Positions 30,578 through 31,596 of a DNA stretch of 31,596 bases are shown piece by piece. How positions within the stretch are numbered: position 1 is the first letter of the stretch; every line of letters starts with the position of its first letter. Location of the stretch: the IMG/VR virus record IMGVR_UViG_3300034091_000309, one strand, 5' to 3'. The DNA comes from a virus. Taxonomy: Duplodnaviria > Heunggongvirae > Uroviricota > Caudoviricetes. The notes beneath the pieces are model-generated. The model did not search any database. It saw only the letters and a program-made list of their open reading frames with translations, and was not told the origin of the DNA. A program made the translations under genes and the position numbers.

Positions 30578-30925
30578 GGGTGCATCGAGGGATACTGGCC
30601 ACCGAGGAGCAAAGGCGGCCGGGAAGAGAATATCCGATGTGGAGCGGGTACGGAGACTCGGCGACGATCCTTTACTGAAGGGTAATTGAGAGGCGTCTTA
30701 AAGCCACGCTCTAGGCAAAGCCTCGATGCGGCAGTATGCACCTAGAGAGCGGGGTCGTCGCTTTTGTCACTCCTTGCTCGGTAGGGACGATGCACCCATC
30801 AAGTTGCAGCCGGCTGTGGTGCCACGCGAGATGTGTGGACGCTTTGCTCAGAGATGAGCTACGAGCCTGAATCACCGGCTGCAAGAACTTCCCGGCGCTA
30901 TGGTGCGGAGGGAGAGCCTCCGACA
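30578..30925 (+). ncRNA. candidate large structured ncRNA 2
   Basis: Nested long-range stems 30578-30797, second domain 30804-30884, terminal hairpin 30906-30922; no convincing plus-strand ORF. Confidence 0.55.
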
Positions 30926-30976
30926 AACAAAACTGCTTTGTGGACGAAACACGCCGGGAAGACTTTAAGGTAGGCG

Positions 30977-31312
30977 ATGGAGATTTGCGATTTCTGCAGT
31001 TCGCCGCGGGTGGTCAAACGCTTCGAGTGCATGGATTTCGACAGCGCATCGGAGGATGCCGGAGTGCTCTATGCAGATGCCGGTGCGCCCGATGGACAGA
31101 CGAACTTGGTTTTGGCCAGCAAGGATTTCTGGGCAGCCTGTGAACCATGCCGGATTCTGGTAGAGACCGAAAACATTGATGGCCTAGTGAAGCGAGCGAT
31201 GGAGGAATTCGAGCGGCAGGAGGGATGGTCACATTCGCAACGTACAAGGGCAGAGCGGCATCTGCGGCGGACATACCAACTATTTTTTCAGAATCGCATT
31301 AGGATAGGTTAA
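30977..31312 (+). CDS. Zn-binding hypothetical protein (111 aa)
   Basis: RBS aaggtagg. CDFC...WAACEPC. Confidence 0.7.
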   Translation: MEICDFCSSPRVVKRFECMDFDSASEDAGVLYADAGAPDGQTNLVLASKDFWAACEPCRILVETENIDGLVKRAMEEFERQEGWSHSQRTRAERHLRRTYQLFFQNRIRIG

Positions 31313-31313
31313 G

Positions 31314-31349
31314 CGGGGTCCCCACGGACAGCTCTACGTCCGTGGGGTG
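31314..31349 (-). repeat. 36-nt REP-like repeat, copy 14 (minus strand, 5 nt before tRNA-Glu)
   Basis: Reverse complement reads cacccc-acggac-gtagagct-gtccgt-gggg-acccc-g. Confidence 0.88.
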
Positions 31350-31354
31350 CTCAT

Positions 31355-31429
31355 GGGGAGTTCGTCTAGCGGCTAGGACACAGCCCTTTCAAGGCTGGAA
31401 CGCGGATTCGAGTTCCGTACTCCCCACCA
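31355..31429 (+). tRNA. tRNA-Glu(TTC)
   Basis: Acceptor ggggagt/actcccc, AC stem cagcc/ggctg, loop ct-TTC-aa, CCA. Confidence 0.92.
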
Positions 31430-31462
31430 AGCTGAAGCGCAGCGAAGGGCAGACGCCACACC

Positions 31463-31596
31463 ATGGCCAGACGCATGAGCACGATGACGCCCCTGGGCAA
31501 CGGATACTATCCTTCCATGATGGTAACGTGGGTCGAGGACGCAGACTCGAACGGCTGGACCGGCGAGGCCACCTTCTGGATTGACGGGAATACTCC
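31463..31596 (+). CDS. 3'-truncated hypothetical protein
   Basis: ATG at 31463; reads MARRMSTMTPLGNGYYPSMMVTWVEDADSNGWTGEATFWIDGNT and is open to the window end. Confidence 0.45.
   Translation, partial: MARRMSTMTPLGNGYYPSMMVTWVEDADSNGWTGEATFWIDGNT

Noticed and set aside
30600-30900. RNase P RNA
   Set aside because: Only faint echoes (gtgccac, agatga, gaac..ccggc); the conserved GAGGAAAGUCC and a proper P4 pairing are absent.
27194-31429. tRNA genes as a prophage att site or boundary
   Set aside because: No integrase and no duplicated tRNA 3' end; phage-type small ORFs continue between and beyond the tRNAs.
27276-31460. Theta/HDV-like or hammerhead ribozymes at tRNA 3' trailers
   Set aside because: No HDV L3/P1.1 pattern or CUGANGA...GAAA core could be found after any CCA end by eye.

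Overview
Segment of a tailed-phage (probably podovirus-like) genome. No integrase, terminase, capsid or lysis gene is recognisable in the window. 1-8.6 kb holds late/virion genes: a 5'-truncated tail-type protein, Thr/Ser/Ala/Gly-rich accessory virion proteins, a signal-peptide SGNH esterase and a Pro/acidic repeat protein. 8.8-18.9 kb holds four putative ejection/DNA-transfer proteins, ending in a 1637-aa polyvalent-type protein with an ADP-ribosyltransferase-like domain. 19-27 kb has a Cas4/PD-(D/E)xK-like protein, HTH regulators, a divergent promoter region, small Zn-ribbon proteins, a SAM methyltransferase, an AAA ATPase, an HNH nuclease and an XRE regulator. 27.2-31.6 kb is a cluster of 8 tRNA genes (one degenerate) interspersed with small ORFs, a vWA protein and ORF-poor, strongly structured segments that look like ncRNAs. 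Signals not explained by the gene list: (1) a 36-37-nt REP-like hairpin repeat in 14 copies with compensatory stem changes, five of them translated in-frame inside proteins; (2) a separate ~65-85-nt two-hairpin motif in three copies, each in front of a late gene; (3) two large candidate structured RNAs in the tRNA cluster; (4) atypical anticodon loops in half of the tRNAs. An Acidobacteria-like host is a guess from unverified recollection of the repeat and of one secreted protein. All analysis was by eye; product names rest on motif recognition, not database searches.
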